64,000 nucleotides of DNA from Terriglobia bacterium (GCA_965206645.1 CBDBKE010000003.1:1-64000); one strand, 5' to 3'; counted from the first letter of the stretch, positions 8,714 to 19,734 are shown. Numbers and translations: made by a program. The notes: generated from the sequence alone by a model not told the origin.

Positions 8714-9856
8714 TCAATTTGGTCGCTCCGTGACAAAACTCCGGTTGGCCTCGTTTGCCATCCGGTTCAGCTTTTGTAAAGCCTCACGCTTCATTTGCAG
8801 CTTCATTTGCGAATATTTCTTGAACACTTTCGCGTCCCCTTGACGGAGAAGCTGCGTAACCCACTCGTCCGCCACTCCGCCGGCGCTCAACCGTGTCGCG
8901 TACGTCGAGCGCAGATCGTAGATGCGGAAGTAAGGGACCTTGGCCCTTCGCGAAACGGCGTGCCAGACTGTCTTCAGAGTCTTTTGGTGCGTGCTTGGGT
9001 TATTGTGACTCGGGAAAAGCCAAGGGCCAGGCCCCGAGATTCGAATCTGACCACGAAACGCTTCAAGAGCAACGTTGGTCAGTGGGACCTCCGAGATTCC
9101 GTTGGGCGTCTTTGAATCCGCAATCCAGACCACCGCATTGTCCAGGTCCACCTGATCCTTTTTCATCGGCAGCAGCTCCTTGTATATGCGGAGTCCGGTC
9201 TCGGTGATGATCCGAATAATGTTTTGCAGATACTCGGGCGCTTGAAGTTCAACTCTCTGTTGTTCGGACCAGGACATGTAGTGCGGCCGGAAGAGCCCCT
9301 TGACTTTGACGGGGAACTCGACTCCCAGACACGGATTTGCCGGAAGCAGTTTCTTCCGCACCGCGACATTCAGCATTCGGCGAAGTACCCGCAATTCCTG
9401 ATGCACCGTTGCGGGCTTGAGCCGCCCGCGCTGAACGACACCTGCGGCAGTTCGGACTGGCACTCGATCCTGCAGCCGGCGCCGCAAGTAGAGCTCCACA
9501 TCGTCGGCTGTGAGATCGCCCAAATTCCGGTCCTCGAAAGCCTTCTTAAGATGCGCGCTGCACCGCAGATTAGCTTCGTGGGTCCGGTGCGCGCGAATCG
9601 GAGGCTGCGAGTAATTCTCCAAGAAAAAATCCACCCAATCAGCAAATCGAAAATGCTCTCCTTTCCGGACGATGTCCAAGATCCTATCGTCCCTTGCCTG
9701 AAGGCGCTCTCGGAGCTTCCGCTGCGCCTCGTCCCAATTCTCGGTGAACGTCGACTCTCGGATCCGCTTACCGCTACGGTCCCGATAGGACATCCAGAGA
9801 ATCCTGCCGTCATTGCGTTTATAAACGGCGCCATCGTGTTTACTCGGCCTTGCCAT
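8714..9856 (-). CDS. Tyrosine recombinase/integrase of the ICE
   Basis: TETGLR, SKTPNG, RIYDLRSTYATRL and VFKKY catalytic-region motifs. Adjacent to xis and the tRNA fragment. Confidence 0.93.
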   Translation of the reverse strand: MARPSKHDGAVYKRNDGRILWMSYRDRSGKRIRESTFTENWDEAQRKLRERLQARDDRILDIVRKGEHFRFADWVDFFLENYSQPPIRAHRTHEANLRCSAHLKKAFEDRNLGDLTADDVELYLRRRLQDRVPVRTAAGVVQRGRLKPATVHQELRVLRRMLNVAVRKKLLPANPCLGVEFPVKVKGLFRPHYMSWSEQQRVELQAPEYLQNIIRIITETGLRIYKELLPMKKDQVDLDNAVVWIADSKTPNGISEVPLTNVALEAFRGQIRISGPGPWLFPSHNNPSTHQKTLKTVWHAVSRRAKVPYFRIYDLRSTYATRLSAGGVADEWVTQLLRQGDAKVFKKYSQMKLQMKREALQKLNRMANEANRSFVTERPN

Positions 9857-10100
9857 TCTCCACCTCCTGTCTGAAGCTTGCGCGGAAGGGCTCGAGATCC
9901 GATTTGAGAAACCGGATGTTCCGGCCCATCACGCGGAGATGGGGAATCTGCTTTCGCTCGACCCAAAGATACACGGTTTGAGGGCTAACACCAAGGTACA
10001 TGGAAGCATCTCTAACGGTCAGGGGAAAATCCGTATTTCGCTGCTCTACGCTCCCCGGCATCAACTCTTCCCGTCCTTCCTCATAGCTGGTCCGGGCCAT
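9840..10100 (-). CDS. Excisionase-type HTH (recombination directionality factor)
   Basis: LTVRDASMYLGVSPQTVYLWV...IPHLRVMGRNIRF. Overlaps the integrase start. Confidence 0.85.
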   Translation of the reverse strand: MARTSYEEGREELMPGSVEQRNTDFPLTVRDASMYLGVSPQTVYLWVERKQIPHLRVMGRNIRFLKSDLEPFRASFRQEVENGKAE

Positions 10101-10534
10101 ATTTGCCTTCCCTTAAGAGTCCAGAAAAACGATTAGCGACCTGGGTGAAAGCTTGCCATGACGATTGCCCCACGCTGAAAACTCAGTCGCATCAGCGCTA
10201 CACGCAGGTTGAAGTTCCGCTCTTGGGGCTTTGTTAAGTAGGGTCGCGCTGTCCGCTCCGACCTCCGGAAAGGTGTTATGGCTTATCGCAGCACAGGGGA
10301 GCCCCGAAAAATTCGAACGTGGTCTTGGGAAGAAGCGACGCGAACTCCCGTCCTCTCCCCTCTCCACGCCGTCCCGAGCGCTTTACCAGATCCACCTTCC
10401 GCCCCGGATTGGCGAGTCCGGCGGCCCGCGTCTTCGGGAAAGAGGCTGTATTGTTCGGCGATCCAGGCCGGGACTTCCAGCGTCTCCTCACCACCCCGGC
10501 CGAGCTCCCGGTCGAAATCCTCGATCGAGAGTCT

Positions 10535-11500
10535 TCATCCGTCATCGTGTTCCCTCCAGATCGGCTCGATGAGCCAGCGGTTCTGTGGCGCGTCATAACC
10601 TTCGACGAGCAAGGCCTCCTCCACGAAGCGCCGTCCCTCGCGGCGCGTCATGTGAATCACCATAGCGATGCCGTCCACCACGCCTCGACAGGTCACCTCC
10701 CAGGGAAGCTCCCCGCCGCCCTGCATGGCGCAACTGGCGATGCGTGACAAGGCGCTCTCGGCGTTGTTGGCGTGTACGGTCGTGAGCGAGCCGCCGTGCC
10801 CGGTGTTCAAGGCTTGTAGCAGGTCCGCCGCCTCCCCGCCGCGCACCTCGCCCACGACGATGTGATCCGGGCGGTGACGAAGCGCGTGGCGGACTAAATC
10901 CCGGATCGTCACCGCTCCTTCCTGCAAGCCTCGAGCCTCGAAGCGAATGCAATTGGAGCGCTCAATGCGAAGCTCCAGGGTGTCCTCGATGGCGACGATG
11001 CGCTCGTCGTCGGGAAGCAATTCAATAAGTGCGTTAAGCAGGGTGGTCTTGCCCGATCCAGTGCCGCCTGAAACCAGGATGTTGCGGCGCGAGCGCAACA
11101 CCCGCTCCGCTTCCGCCCGCATGTTTTCGGGGAGTGCGCCTTGCTCAACTAAATCCGCCGCCGAGAACGCCCGCTTGCCAAAGCGCCGCATGGTGATCGC
11201 TACTTGAGGACTCGCGGGCGGAACACAGATGGCAACCCGCGAGCCATCCTCCAAGCGGGCATCCACGATCGGCGAGTGGGCCGGGTCCAGCCCCAAGGGC
11301 CGGGCGATATGGATCGCGGCCCGCTCCAGCGCCGCCGCATCGAGGCGGGGAGCATCGTGTGATAGGAGCTTCCCTCCCCGCTCGACCCAGACATTGAACG
11401 GCCCGTTAATCATGATCTCGCTGACTTCGGAATCTTCCAGGGCGCTTTCCAATCCCGGTAGAAACGGTTTCAGGTGTTCCAGTCCACTCGCGGCGCTCAT
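10535..11500 (-). CDS. virB11: VirB11/CpaF-family traffic ATPase
   Basis: SGGTGSGKTT, IEDTLE, RHRPDHIVVGEVRG, LNTGHGG. Confidence 0.92.
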   Translation of the reverse strand: MSAASGLEHLKPFLPGLESALEDSEVSEIMINGPFNVWVERGGKLLSHDAPRLDAAALERAAIHIARPLGLDPAHSPIVDARLEDGSRVAICVPPASPQVAITMRRFGKRAFSAADLVEQGALPENMRAEAERVLRSRRNILVSGGTGSGKTTLLNALIELLPDDERIVAIEDTLELRIERSNCIRFEARGLQEGAVTIRDLVRHALRHRPDHIVVGEVRGGEAADLLQALNTGHGGSLTTVHANNAESALSRIASCAMQGGGELPWEVTCRGVVDGIAMVIHMTRREGRRFVEEALLVEGYDAPQNRWLIEPIWREHDDG

Positions 11501-13625
11501 AATCTGCCCGCCTCTTTCGCTCTCCAATAGGAATAATCGAGGGGCAGATAATGAGGTTTGAGATAGACCCGGCGCGGTTCAATCGACTGCGACCCGTCAT
11601 AGGGCAGACAGATCGCTTGACAGTTCGAGAGCAGCGTGAAGTCTCGCGGGTGAAACACGGCCTCGCGTTGCTCCCGGAAAGACTTGGTAGCGCCGATGCT
11701 GCCCCCGCCTCCACCGGCGCGGCCCGAGAGCGGGGAGACTTCCGCCCGCTTGGAGGTCTCGCTGATCGTGTAAGATCCCTTGATCTTCGCCACCTGCCCG
11801 CACATTTCGCTTGCAATCTTGGCGCTGGCGTCGTCGCTGAGAGACAGGAAAATCCGTGTGCGGAGCGTCTGCAACAGCGACCGCCATGCTTCCGAGCTTC
11901 CCAACACAGATCGGAGCGAGGAAATAGATTGAGTGGCGACAATCGGGATGCAGCGGCATTGCCGCGTCAGCGCAAAGGATTTTTCATCGCCCGATGGATC
12001 GTCCTCGCCCACCGAAGCGAAGGCTTGATATTCGTCACAGATAAAGACGGCGGGCCGGAAATAGACCCCCGGCGACTCCTTCATCTTGGTCGGGCGCATG
12101 AGAAGCGCCTGTAGCCAGGCGTTTTTGAGCATCACGCCCACGGCGCGGGCCAACGCCGGGTTCGATCCGGCGGGCATGTTCAATGCCAGCACCTTGCCCC
12201 TTTCGATCAATTCATAGAGCGGGGGCAGGTGTCGCGGCCCGGCGATTCGTTCCTCTTCGACCGGCGGGATCGACGTGGGCGCGGGTTTGTCTCCTTCCCC
12301 GCCGTCCGGCTTCTTGTTCAGCTCCCGGGCTTCTTCCCCGGTCCGCTTCGCGGCCATGGCCTGAACGGAAATGGCTTGTGGATCGTCGGGGACTTCCGCG
12401 CGGGCGGGCAAAACACCTTCGCCACATCCGGCATGTCGAACATGGCAAGGAATACCGAAACCCCCTCGACAATCGAGGACTTCACTTTGTTGTCCAGCGT
12501 TTGCCAGTCGTTGACAAACCAGCGCTTCACCGCCTCCACTCGTTCTCTCACGTCGTCTCCGGGTCCGGGGTCCCAAACCACCCGGTAGGTCAGCTTGAGT
12601 TCGTCCAGTTTGTTGAGCATAGGGCGGGAGTAGGCGGCCCGCACTTCTTCCGTTCCCGGTATGTCTTTCCATAGCCATTCAGCCAAGGTCATGATGTGGG
12701 CTTGGTATACGACCTCCGGAATGAAAACCGCGCCTTTGTTCAACTCGTTGCTCCACGCTTCGGCTTGCTCGATCTTGGCAGCGAAAAGGTCCGGGTCGAT
12801 GGCACAGCGGTAGACCTGCTGCAACGTCACCCACCGTTCCGGGAATATCCGGTGAAGCTCAATGATCCAGCGGACCAGATTGGTATAGGCTTGCTGCCAG
12901 AAGGGTTCCTTGCCCTTGCCGAACAACTGGTTGAGAAGGCTCGAAACGGTGTAGGCCAGCGAGTAGGAATCGAGCCACCAGGCCGAGAGCGGGTTCCACT
13001 GCCAGCGCCCATTCATCCCCAGCTCGATGTAGTCCTTTCCCCGGCCCGCGTCGATCAGGATTCGCCGGATGTCGTGACAGAAATCTCCCTTGACTTCGAG
13101 CATGAGCGCCGCCGCCCGCATCTGTGGATTCCCTGCTTGCCAGCCGAGAAGCTGCTTGGCGAATGGGTGCATACAAGCCGAAGTCTTGCCGGACCCGACG
13201 GCTCCGAAAATCGCCACGCCGGTATACAGCCCGCGCTCCGGGATGGTGAGCCAGGAAGGATTGAAAATCTCCCGCGCCTCGACCGGGTGATGTACCTCCC
13301 CGATGACGATGGCCGGTGCCGTTTGCCGGGGTGAAAGCGGCCAGGTCGGGAGCGCCCCAAAGGGCGCGAAATCCCGCCGACGCGATTCCAGCCAGACCTT
13401 CCAAACGGACATGAGAATGAGGCCCGCGAGCATGACGGCGACGAAAGGCGAAGCGTAGTACCAGAGCATTACCCACCCGTAGAAGTTGGGGGTGTGGTAG
13501 TCCATGAGATCGAGCAGGGGACTGTCCCCTAGCATGGGGAAGGGACGGCGGACAAAGCTCCACAGGGCGTACCCCAGCGCGCCGAAAAACAGAAGGATGT
13601 GAGGAATGAAGCGCCTCCATTTCAT
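11497..13625 (-). pseudogene. virD4: VirD4/TraG-like type IV coupling protein, frameshifted near 12400
   Basis: N-terminal TM segments and Walker A (GAVGSGKT) are in ORF 12318..13625. Walker B (FICDEYQ) and ATQS are in ORF 11497..12678. The frames join at VFCPPA[P]EVPDDP. Confidence 0.85.
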
Positions 13626-13986
13626 AGCTCCGTCTCCCTTCCGTCAGCGCCCCCGCCTGGGGGCGCTCTTCCGAGCCTTCCCGCAGGGATCAATGAGGAC
13701 GATAGCGACCCCATGGGGCAGCGATAGGGGCATGTGACACAGTGCCGCTATCGGGGCCACATGACCCCCCGGTTTTCGGGGGGGTCGCTATCGTCCTCCC
13801 CAATTCTGCTCCTTCGGCGCAGCGGAGGCCGAGTGATAAGGGAGAGCCACAGAAGAATGAGAGAGATACGGAAATATGGAGTTGTGCCACCCCTTGTCGA
13901 AATCGTGTGACATCCCCCCCCTGTGACTGTCACATTTAACACGCGGCCGCCAGTCACACGAAAAAGCCTCGGATTTTTCCTCTCTT
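13626..13986. other. Inverted-repeat-rich spacer, candidate oriT/origin
   Basis: Perfect 18-bp IR GAGGACGATAGCGACCCC at 13695-13712 and 13781-13798, nested hairpins and repeated GTGAC/GTCAC motifs. Conserved in an inverted copy at 50320-50750. Confidence 0.55.
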
Positions 13987-14934
13987 TCATCCGGTTTCCC
14001 CTGCCGCCGCAAACCGGCTGGCCCGCCATGTCGAATAGTCGTCAATCGAGAGGCCTCCCGTCACCTTCGCCTCCGGGAGGCGTTGAAGCTCCGCTGACCG
14101 TCTCCCGGCTGCCGCGAATCCCCCGTACTGCGCCAGAAATTCCCGGTCCTTGTGGGTCATCGCCTCGTCAATCGCCTTGATTTCCTGCTTCACCGGCAGT
14201 CCTTCCTCGGTCTCCTTCGGTGCGGTCGCGGCCCACACGCGGAGCACCCGCGCCGTCCGATCCACGGTTTCATTCTCCGCCCCAATGCCGATCACCCGGA
14301 CCTGCCGCCCCTTCTTGCGGAGCGCATCCCAAAGCCGCCCATGCGCGGCTCCCCAGGAGTGCAACTCCCGATCCGTCTGGTGGCCCGGATCGACATAGGC
14401 GAAGGTGACGGTTTCAGCGTCCCCGGCCAGGGGAAGTTTGAGCGCAAAGTAGCGCTTCTGCGCTCCCACTGCCCCGTAGTAAATCCGGCGCGGGATCAGC
14501 CGCCGCGAGAGACCGAGCTTTTCGGAAAACGCGACCTTCTACGGCTCAGAGGGGAGCCAGTTCATGCCCGGATGTTCCAATACGAAATCCAGCGAGAGAA
14601 GCCGCCGCATCACTACCGGCGGGCGGGCTTGTCGCCGGTGACGGATGTTCTCAACTCCCAATGCCCGGTAGATCGGTTTGCTCGATATCCGGCACGACTT
14701 TCCTCCCCTATTGAACACCGGCCACTCGCTCTCGACAGCCGCCCGGCAATCAACCAATGTCTGCACAAAGCGGGCCGCTTTCCACCGATGCGCATCCCCA
14801 AAGTAATGACAGAACTGCGGGCGCGTGAAAACGCCGCTGTGCAGACACACCAGCGCGATCCACTCCGCTTCGCACCCCGTCCAGCCGAGCGCTTCCAGCT
14901 TCCGTTCCCTTCCCCGCAAGTGCTCGATCATCAT
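13987..14934 (-). pseudogene. Uncharacterised T4SS-linked protein (wHTH-like N-terminus) with an internal TAG
   Basis: ORFs 14539..14934 and 13987..14469 are one frame split by TAG at 14539-14541. The paralogue at 49390-50318 has GAG there (PTEPEKV). Confidence 0.75.
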
Positions 14935-15608
14935 TGCTTCCCGGTAACGATCGCCCGGTCGCCTTGCAGGTAAGTGATGACGATCCCCATAGGGTTGTGG
15001 ACGATCAGGTCCGGCGGGATCTCATCGAGGAACAGGAATTGAAGCGAGAGGGTCCAGCGTTCCCGGCTGACTTCGTTTGCCATCGCCATCCGCACCAGGT
15101 CAAAATCGGCCGTCGCGCTGTGCGGCTCCTGGGGATTGGCCTGAATCCGCAAAACGACGCGATCCACTTGCAGTTCATCCCGCGCCGCTCCCGCCGCGAG
15201 AAGGGCGATATTCTGACTCTCGGCGCGAAACGAGGCGTTGGCGAGTTCGGTGGTCAGGAAGCGCAGACTGCGGGACCAGTTCTCTTGGACCGTGGCTCGC
15301 CGCCGCGAGTAGAAGTCGTAAATAAAGCGATTGAGAAAGTACTTGGTGGTGGGGTCCAGAGGGTCCGCCTGGGCCTCCATCGCTTCGTAGGCGATGGCCT
15401 CGGCCCGGCCTACTTCATCCACCCTCACGACGATGGGACGGGGCGGATCGACCGACACAATGCGAATGACGACGATGATGAGCAAGAGCAAACCGATTCC
15501 CAACCCGACCGAAATCACCCGCAGATGACGGTTGGAGTGGATGGCCTCGCCCCATATTTCGGCGTACTCGGCTCCGGCGTCTTTGGCCTTGGTTCCGGGT
15601 TCGCTCAT
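14931..15608 (-). CDS. virB8: VirB8/TrbF-family protein
   Basis: Single TM, VVRVDEVGRA and C-terminal HNPMGIVIT motif. Confidence 0.85.
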   Translation of the reverse strand: MSEPGTKAKDAGAEYAEIWGEAIHSNRHLRVISVGLGIGLLLLIIVVIRIVSVDPPRPIVVRVDEVGRAEAIAYEAMEAQADPLDPTTKYFLNRFIYDFYSRRRATVQENWSRSLRFLTTELANASFRAESQNIALLAAGAARDELQVDRVVLRIQANPQEPHSATADFDLVRMAMANEVSRERWTLSLQFLFLDEIPPDLIVHNPMGIVITYLQGDRAIVTGKQ

Positions 15609-16603
15609 TTAATCCCTCCCGCGCCCGCCTTCGCCGCCGCCGCGCCTCCGGTGGCCGCAACCGTTCCCGCCGTGGTCGCCATTCCCATGAGACCGCTCCC
15701 GGCTGCTCCTGTGCTGGTAACGAGCATCGAGGCGAGCTCCCCGCACTTGAGGCTTGCCAGCATCCCGGCGACGAACAAGGGCACGACGGCGATCATCCAC
15801 AAGCCCACGTCTATGAAGCTCTGCATGTCCAGGTTGGCATTCCCCAAGCTCGTGATGTAGGAGATTCCGACAGCGGAGAACACGCGGAGCACCGCTCCGG
15901 CGATCACGGCATAAAGCGAGTAGGTAATCATCGCCCGGAACCATCCCCAGAACAGAAACGACAGCGGATCGAACACCAGAAACGGAATGAAGATCGGCCC
16001 CAAGATGATGAGGATGGCAAGCGCGATCTGCGCCCAGATCACTTGAGCGTAGGTGACGGCGGCCAACAGAAGCAGCATGAGAACCACGAACACAAACATT
16101 ACAAACCCCGCAACCGCCGTTATCGCGGCATGAATCCCGCCGGTGAGTAGGCCGAAGGTGTTCCCCGCTTGCGCCTGGGCCGCCTGGTTCGCCGCAAGGG
16201 AGCGAATGAGGTTCCCAAGCTCGGTCTGCATCGAATAGACGGCATCGCCGATCAGCAGTTCGTGAAGCCAATTTCCGCCCGCCGCGATCATCCCTGGGAA
16301 GGTGAAAGCCATCCCCGGAATGGTGGTGGTGTAGAACTGCAACATCACCCACGGTATCCATAGCCCGATGACGACCCGCACCAGTTCCCACGGCTGAATG
16401 TTTCCGCTAAAGGCGATCTTCACCCCGTTCAACACCACAACGATGAGCGCCAGACCCCCGAAGAGTGCGTTTCCGGTGGCGAAAACCTCCCCTCCCGCCG
16501 CCGCCGACAATCCGTCCAGAGCGACATCGAGAAACGACTTGAAGTCCCTCAGTTGTTCCGGGGAAAGGTTGGCCGGGATGTTGGGATCGAGTTGGATTTG
16601 CAT
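15605..16603 (-). CDS. virB6: VirB6/TrbL-family protein
   Basis: Polytopic membrane protein with LGPIFIPFLVF...LFWGW and an Ala/Gly-rich tail, in T4SS context. Confidence 0.85.
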   Translation of the reverse strand: MQIQLDPNIPANLSPEQLRDFKSFLDVALDGLSAAAGGEVFATGNALFGGLALIVVVLNGVKIAFSGNIQPWELVRVVIGLWIPWVMLQFYTTTIPGMAFTFPGMIAAGGNWLHELLIGDAVYSMQTELGNLIRSLAANQAAQAQAGNTFGLLTGGIHAAITAVAGFVMFVFVVLMLLLLAAVTYAQVIWAQIALAILIILGPIFIPFLVFDPLSFLFWGWFRAMITYSLYAVIAGAVLRVFSAVGISYITSLGNANLDMQSFIDVGLWMIAVVPLFVAGMLASLKCGELASMLVTSTGAAGSGLMGMATTAGTVAATGGAAAAKAGAGGIK

Positions 16604-16615
16604 CGGCGAAATGGA

Positions 16616-17530
16616 TTACTGGCCGTTCCCGCCGTAGGCCGGGTGAATCCGAAAGAGCAACCCTTCGCGCATGGAATCGCGGCGGGCATCGAGCCCGGCC
16701 TGTTGCGCCGCGAAGGTGATCTCGGCGCGGCGCTGCGTCTCGATCCATCGAGCCAGCGCCTCCCGCCGGGCGATCTCGCGTTCGTAATCCTCCGCCGCCT
16801 CTTTCGCGGCCTGGAATGCCATTAACTGCGCCATAGCAGCGGTGAGGTTCCCTTGCGTCACTGTCCCGGCCACCTGCGATTGGGCCAGCGCGGTGTTGGA
16901 AGTATTGGTGTTGTTTCGTAGTCCTTCGTAGGATTCCACGGCGTCTCGCGCCGCAATCATGAGATTCGCCGCCGCATCGCTCATTGCGTGATCGAGCACC
17001 AGGCGCTTGTCGCCTTCCTCCCGCGCCGCGAGATAGCCGTTGGCCGCCTGCGTCGCGATCTCCGGGCGATAGTCGTCGTACAGAGTGAGGATGTCGCTCT
17101 CGGTCACCGTGTCGGCGGCGGTGAGCCGCCCGCGCCAGGATTGGGTAAAACTCTTGCCGGTTTCGCCCATCTGTTCGACTGACGACGCAAGCTCCGCCGC
17201 CACGCCGGTAAAGTCGCTTTTCCACGATAGGCCCACGCCGATAAACTGCGCCGGTGCGGATGCCAATTCAGTGAACGGATCGGTCAGCGCCCCGACGCTT
17301 CCGAGCGCTTGCTCTTTCAGGTGCGACGCCTGATCTATCATCTGGGTGAGTTGGCCGTCAAACGTGATCTTCGCCATGGTGTCTTTGTAGATTTGGATGC
17401 CCTGATTGATGATCATCTGCGCCCGTTGAATGCCCGCCAGGATCGAGCCGAAGACGGCGTAGGCGGGCGTGGTGCTCAGGACGATAAAGAGTGGGATAAC
17501 AACTACTGCGGTCAAGATTCGATGTTTCAT
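16616..17530 (-). CDS. VirB5/TrbJ-like secreted helical protein
   Basis: Signal peptide (PAYA) and Q/A-rich helices, between virB10 and virB6. Confidence 0.6.
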   Translation of the reverse strand: MKHRILTAVVVIPLFIVLSTTPAYAVFGSILAGIQRAQMIINQGIQIYKDTMAKITFDGQLTQMIDQASHLKEQALGSVGALTDPFTELASAPAQFIGVGLSWKSDFTGVAAELASSVEQMGETGKSFTQSWRGRLTAADTVTESDILTLYDDYRPEIATQAANGYLAAREEGDKRLVLDHAMSDAAANLMIAARDAVESYEGLRNNTNTSNTALAQSQVAGTVTQGNLTAAMAQLMAFQAAKEAAEDYEREIARREALARWIETQRRAEITFAAQQAGLDARRDSMREGLLFRIHPAYGGNGQ

Positions 17531-17533
17531 TTT

Positions 17534-18892
17534 TCAATCTCCTTTTGTGGGCCGGGGCACCAGCACGTCGGAAGTGAACCAGACGCGAAGCCGATGCCCG
17601 GCGCGAATGGTGATGGTGGGTAAACGATTCAAGAACCGCTGCAAGATTTGGGTGGCGCTTTGTCCGAGCCCCTGACCTGCCCCTGCCCGGAAGCCCGCCA
17701 CGCCGCCCTCGTAAGGGTTGCCGCCTTGCGCCGTGAGTCCGGCCAGGATGCCGACCGCCCCGACAGCGGCGAACATGGAAAAGTAGTGTCGGTTGACTTG
17801 ATCTTTCAGGGCTCCCTCGCCGACTTGATTGAGCCCATGAAAGTCGAGCGACACCCAACGCCCGTCCGGGTAGATCAAGCGGTGGAAACTCACGGCGAGT
17901 CGGGCTTGGTCCTGATTGGATACGGCCTGAGCCGTGCCAATGACCCGCGCCCCTCGCGGCACCAGGATGCGCTGCCGGTCTGCCGAGTAAAAAGGCACCG
18001 AAACCACGGCCAGGACCGGGCCTGGGAAGTCACCGGAAAGCTGAGTGACCAGGGCCGCTTCCAAAAACGAGCCTTCATGGATGCGCTCCCAACCGGGGGG
18101 ATCATCCGGTGCACCAACACGAGCCGGAGAAGAGTAATCCCGCGCCGGTGGGGGGCCCGCTGACGCCGTGGGAACGGCGGGCGTGGCCGCAGCGGTTGGT
18201 GTCCCTCTGAGTGCTTCGATAAACGCTCGGTCCGCTTGGGCCTCCGCCGCTACTTCATCTTCGAGGCCGGTCGTGACGGTCCCAATCGTGTCGAGGGCCT
18301 GTTCGAGCGCCGCCGCCCCTTCCGCTCTCATGGCATCGACCGGGCTTGCGGTTTCGGCCCCCTGCCCCTCGGACGACGCCCCCTCCCTGCCGTCCAGTTG
18401 CCGGTAAGTCTGCGCGACCGGCGAACTGCGAAGCGACCGGCTGCGCCGCTCGAGGGCTTCCAGCCGCAAGCGTTCCCGGAGTTCCCATTCTTCCTCGGTG
18501 TAGGGTTGCCCGGTGTCGGGACTCGGCCCGGCCAGGAGCATCGCTTCATCGACACTCACCCGGCCAGCGCCGATCCCGCCTCCGCTGGCCCCCTGTTGTC
18601 GTTGCTGCCGTCCCTGCTGCTGCAACGCCCGCTCCGCCGCTTGTCGGCGCGTCGCGGCTCGAAGCGACTCTGCTTCGACCTGCGCGGCCATTTGATCGGC
18701 GAAGCTCCGGGGCGCGGTCTGCTCTGCGCCCGGATCGGGCGAAAGTTCCGCTTCCTTGCTGCCGCCGAAATAAATCCAGTACGTCAGAAACACGAGAACC
18801 AGAATGGTGATGATCCCGACACCCCATTGAGTGACGATGCCGCCCGGCAGCGATCCCGCCGGTTTGGGGTACAGCCGCCGCCAGCCGATCAC
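17534..18892 (-). CDS. virB10: VirB10/TrbI-family protein
   Basis: GSFLEAALVTQLSGDFPG, GALKDQVNRHY, LNRLPTITIRAG. GTG start overlaps the virB9 stop. Confidence 0.9.
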   Translation of the reverse strand: MIGWRRLYPKPAGSLPGGIVTQWGVGIITILVLVFLTYWIYFGGSKEAELSPDPGAEQTAPRSFADQMAAQVEAESLRAATRRQAAERALQQQGRQQRQQGASGGGIGAGRVSVDEAMLLAGPSPDTGQPYTEEEWELRERLRLEALERRSRSLRSSPVAQTYRQLDGREGASSEGQGAETASPVDAMRAEGAAALEQALDTIGTVTTGLEDEVAAEAQADRAFIEALRGTPTAAATPAVPTASAGPPPARDYSSPARVGAPDDPPGWERIHEGSFLEAALVTQLSGDFPGPVLAVVSVPFYSADRQRILVPRGARVIGTAQAVSNQDQARLAVSFHRLIYPDGRWVSLDFHGLNQVGEGALKDQVNRHYFSMFAAVGAVGILAGLTAQGGNPYEGGVAGFRAGAGQGLGQSATQILQRFLNRLPTITIRAGHRLRVWFTSDVLVPRPTKGD

Positions 18893-19731
18893 GGCCCGAT
18901 CTCCGGCGCCGTGAAGCGCCACCGGACTTTCTGTTTGCCGATCTGCAACCAGCCGTCACCCAAAACGTGACGGGCGATATACAGCCCGTCCTCGCCCAGA
19001 TCGTAGGCCACCAGCGCCGGTTTCCCGTCCTTCTCTTCGTACAGCGCGGGCGACTCCTGGGGGTTGGCGCGAAGGTAGGTAAACCGCCCGTCATGCCACA
19101 TCCCTTCGATCAGGAACGGCCATTTCTTCGCCTTGTCCTCCAATCGGTAAGGGAACTTGAGGCGCGTGGGATACTCCGCCCGGAATGCCTCGGTTTCCTG
19201 TGCTTCCTCCGCCGCCGCCTCCGCGATCCGGTTATCCGCGTCGACCTGTGCGGCCTTGGCCGTCTCGATGGCCGTTTCCGCCATCTGCTGATAGGCCGCG
19301 CCCTGGGAGCGAGCGACAAAGGCCGGTTCGTGCCCGGCCGGTGAGATGCGCGGGTCGGCGTCCGCCTGCGCCTCGATGCGAACCACCAGGTGCGGCTGGT
19401 CCGCACTTCGCTCGGTGACGAGGAACGAGTAGATGCGACCGGAGGCGCAAACCAGCGCGACGTTGGTAGTCACGCCCTCGGCGATGGGTTTGAGGAAGGC
19501 CAGATTAGCGGCCCCGGTCAGGTGCCAGTACTCGGAATCTCCCACGACAAAATCCAGCACGTTTTCCGTCGCGGGAAGCACGATGACGGTGGTGTGTCGG
19601 GTCTTGGCCCGAACCTGAATGATTTGATCCTGGGCCTCGATGACGCGGAGCACCTGCCCGCCGTCCTGAGCGATCAGCGGGCCGGTAAGAGCAAGTAGCG
19701 TGGCCGCGACGAGTGGAATGATCTTCAACAT
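18889..19731 (-). CDS. virB9: VirB9/TrbG-family protein
   Basis: Signal peptide, VVGDSEYW...FLKP...TN, WHDGRFTYL...PALY. Confidence 0.9.
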   Translation of the reverse strand: MLKIIPLVAATLLALTGPLIAQDGGQVLRVIEAQDQIIQVRAKTRHTTVIVLPATENVLDFVVGDSEYWHLTGAANLAFLKPIAEGVTTNVALVCASGRIYSFLVTERSADQPHLVVRIEAQADADPRISPAGHEPAFVARSQGAAYQQMAETAIETAKAAQVDADNRIAEAAAEEAQETEAFRAEYPTRLKFPYRLEDKAKKWPFLIEGMWHDGRFTYLRANPQESPALYEEKDGKPALVAYDLGEDGLYIARHVLGDGWLQIGKQKVRWRFTAPEIGP

Positions 19732-19734
19732 AAG

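Noticed and set aside
10276-10540. Small gene between virB11 and xis
   Set aside because: One frame looks protein-like (SIEDFDRELGRGGEETLEVPAWIAEQYSLF) but needs a frameshift to gain a start, so it could not be supported.
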